A stretch of DNA of 50,240 bases, counting the filler, from Sphacelaria rigidula (taxonomy: Eukaryota), in the NCBI GenBank assembly GCA_964200075.2. It is 3 parts of 3 records of this genome, joined end to end, with 100 filler letters (N's around TTAATTAATTAA, not from the genome) between each part and the next. Parts side by side here need not be neighbours in the genome. Positions count along the whole stretch, not along the records: positions 33,562 to 50,240 come from CAXNAA020001278.1; 2 more parts are not named here. The stretch is one strand, 5' to 3'. How positions within the stretch are numbered: the first letter of the stretch is position 1; every line of letters starts with the position of its first letter. The position numbers and the translations under genes are program-made. Below are positions 48,015 through 50,240 of the stretch, piece by piece. The notes beneath the pieces were generated by a model. That model saw only the letters and a program-made list of their open reading frames with translations, was not told the origin of the DNA and did not search any database.

Positions 48015-50240
48015 TATAAGCAACACAGCCCTGGTGACCACAGGGGTACCAAAAGGGGCATATCGACCCGCGTTTTCTGTCATCGTGATGTTTAGCCAAG
48101 ATATATTAATTACATGCTGGGAAGGAGATGGGCGGCCCCGCACCGGTGGCCAGATGGGTGTCAGGAGGCATATATTCCGCGTCGCCTCTTCTGTCACTAT
48201 AATTTCCGACCAGTGTATGTACATGTATTATTTCTCAATTTTCACCACGTTTGCCGAGTTTTCTCTGGCGGCAAGGCATCTCATCACTTTCTTTCTTTTG
48301 CAGTGCACGAAGAAGGTGCAGCGATACATTACGTTTCAGGTTTGTGTGTCATCTGATACCTATGGCGCGTGTTCTGGCCATCGAAAGTCGCCCACATTGG
48401 CTCTATATCGCGGGGTGTCGATCCCGGACCACAAAAGCCTCCTCAAGTTCATGAAAAACTTCGAGCAGCAGGATGATTGTTGGCAGGATATTTTCCCCCC
48501 GTCTTTCCCTTTGCCGGGTTCTCGTTCATTTGGGAGGACGAACACACCGGTTGTGCCGCCAATGTCACGAGAATATGAGAGCAATGCAGTTGGAAGCAAT
48601 TGATCATTGCCTCGGCCTTGGTCAGCAGCAAACACCAGACCGTGCGACGAGTCGTTGACGAGTTGAACAAGGTACACACGTAGACAAACGTCCCCACTGT
48701 GGGTCACGTGTGTAGGACCAGCAAAGGGGGGTGCCAAAATCCCCGTGATCATGCAACCCGTAACACAGAGTTCCCTCAAAGGATGCACCTGTGAAGTACA
48801 GGCGCAGGGATGTCCCTGTGTCAGGGTTGACAGGTTTGTCCTTGTGACGGGGATGGCAGGGAAAATCATACGAGTACGCACCTCATGTATCTTTCGACGG
48901 CTTAGTAATGTATTTTCAGTATAAGTCAAGCGTTACGTTGCTTGTGGATTTCTCCGCCGTGTCTGAACGAAGCAGCCTGAATATTGGCACAGAGGTACAC
49001 CATAACACAGACAGCATATTCCCGGATCGGCGGCACGTTTTACGTGGTGCGCCAGACGCACGAAGTGAATACGGATTCTGGGCAATGCCATCGATACGCC
49101 CTCAAAACGGAGTCTCCTCGGCCCACACTGTGTGAGACGTCAGTGGATGCATATATAGACGCGCAGATGCGCTCACTTCCACAACATGACCTGCTGGGTG
49201 GCTCTTGCCCCGGCAAATAAGGGCCTTTATTATCGAGAGATGAAGAAATGGGAGAAGGTCTATAATTTCTGCAATCGCCTGGGGCTCGTTATCTCGTATC
49301 CAGACCTACTTTGCTGTTAGATATCTCATTACAGATGGTGCTGGTCTCGTCGTTTAGCTTGCCTTCGCCAGCAAAATATTGGACAGGGTTATGCTACCTG
49401 CCCGTGTATGGCGTGCATAACTGGGAAACACCTTTCTCACAAACTCTCTGTGACACAGGGGGACAGGCGGACAGGCTAGGGCGTGATCGACCGACTCTCT
49501 CGGGATGCTGCAGCATCACACATGAGTAAAAATACCGACTGTAGAAAGCCCCGTGCATAGATTGCAGTATGGTTGCTTTCTGTGAGCTGTATGCGCAGAT
49601 ACACCAAATAAAACCACCAGCTATATACTTTTCAGACGGTGCGGTAGCGTACACTCGTAGCAGCACTGCAGGCAAGTAGGTAGCTACTGGATTGTTTCTG
49701 CTCTTCACTTCGAAAGTGCGCATGTCTGCAAATGACGACCACCGTGCTTGGCCCCAACAGCTCCAACAGCGCTGTCGGGGCACACACCGTCAAAGGATAT
49801 AGGTACCGCCAACCCGCGGTGCTTTTTACTCTACGACGTAGCCCAGGATGTCATTAGCAAGGTCCCTGATTATTCTTGCTTGCTTGCGAGCGCCACGGCG
49901 TCCGCCAAGGGCAGCTCTGCGGAGTATTGCGCTGCGATCCGAAATATTTGACGTTCGCCAAACGTGAAGGCTTGGCGAAAAAATCTAGTCGCTTCGTTTT
50001 CAGAGAACGCCAAGCGCCAGGTGCGAAAATGCCTAAAATCTTTGCGATCTCCCAAAAAGCTGTGTACTGTGTCGATAATAACGGCCCTACCCTGGCCTTA
50101 CATACAAGCATCGATCCGTATTGGGCACACTCTGGATAATGACATTTCCGCGGTACCTATCGTGGTATCGCCTGTAGAGGTACTCACTTCAGGAGGCACG
50201 GTCGTGCAAGCGATGTCAGTGCTTTTACGCGCATTGTATA

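Overview
This is eukaryotic, intron-rich genomic DNA, most likely from a brown alga or a related stramenopile (an inference from gene structure, CCCTAA repeats and protein features). It contains two convergent spliced genes that I reconstructed by hand. (1) A complete 10-exon methionine aminopeptidase 2 gene on the minus strand (CDS 32124->20458, 531 aa, all introns GT-AG with matching phases). (2) The last four exons of a PH-domain/coiled-coil protein gene on the plus strand (6621-11104); its 5' exons were not found. Most of the rest is a dense, nested patchwork of non-autonomous DNA transposons and MITEs, foldback palindromes, minisatellites, a tRNA-derived SINE head, degenerate coding-like stretches and three assembly gaps. 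Nearly all ORF-track entries are spurious or are single exons read through into introns. The most unusual structures are: a TIR-bounded ~1 kb element (47035-48014) carrying two strictly phased 42-43 bp arrays with two conserved motifs separated by two unique spacers (CRISPR/TIGR-like architecture, function unknown); a MITE family carrying telomeric CCCTAA repeats with exchanged TIRs; and a shared ~90-bp repeat head attached to different element bodies.
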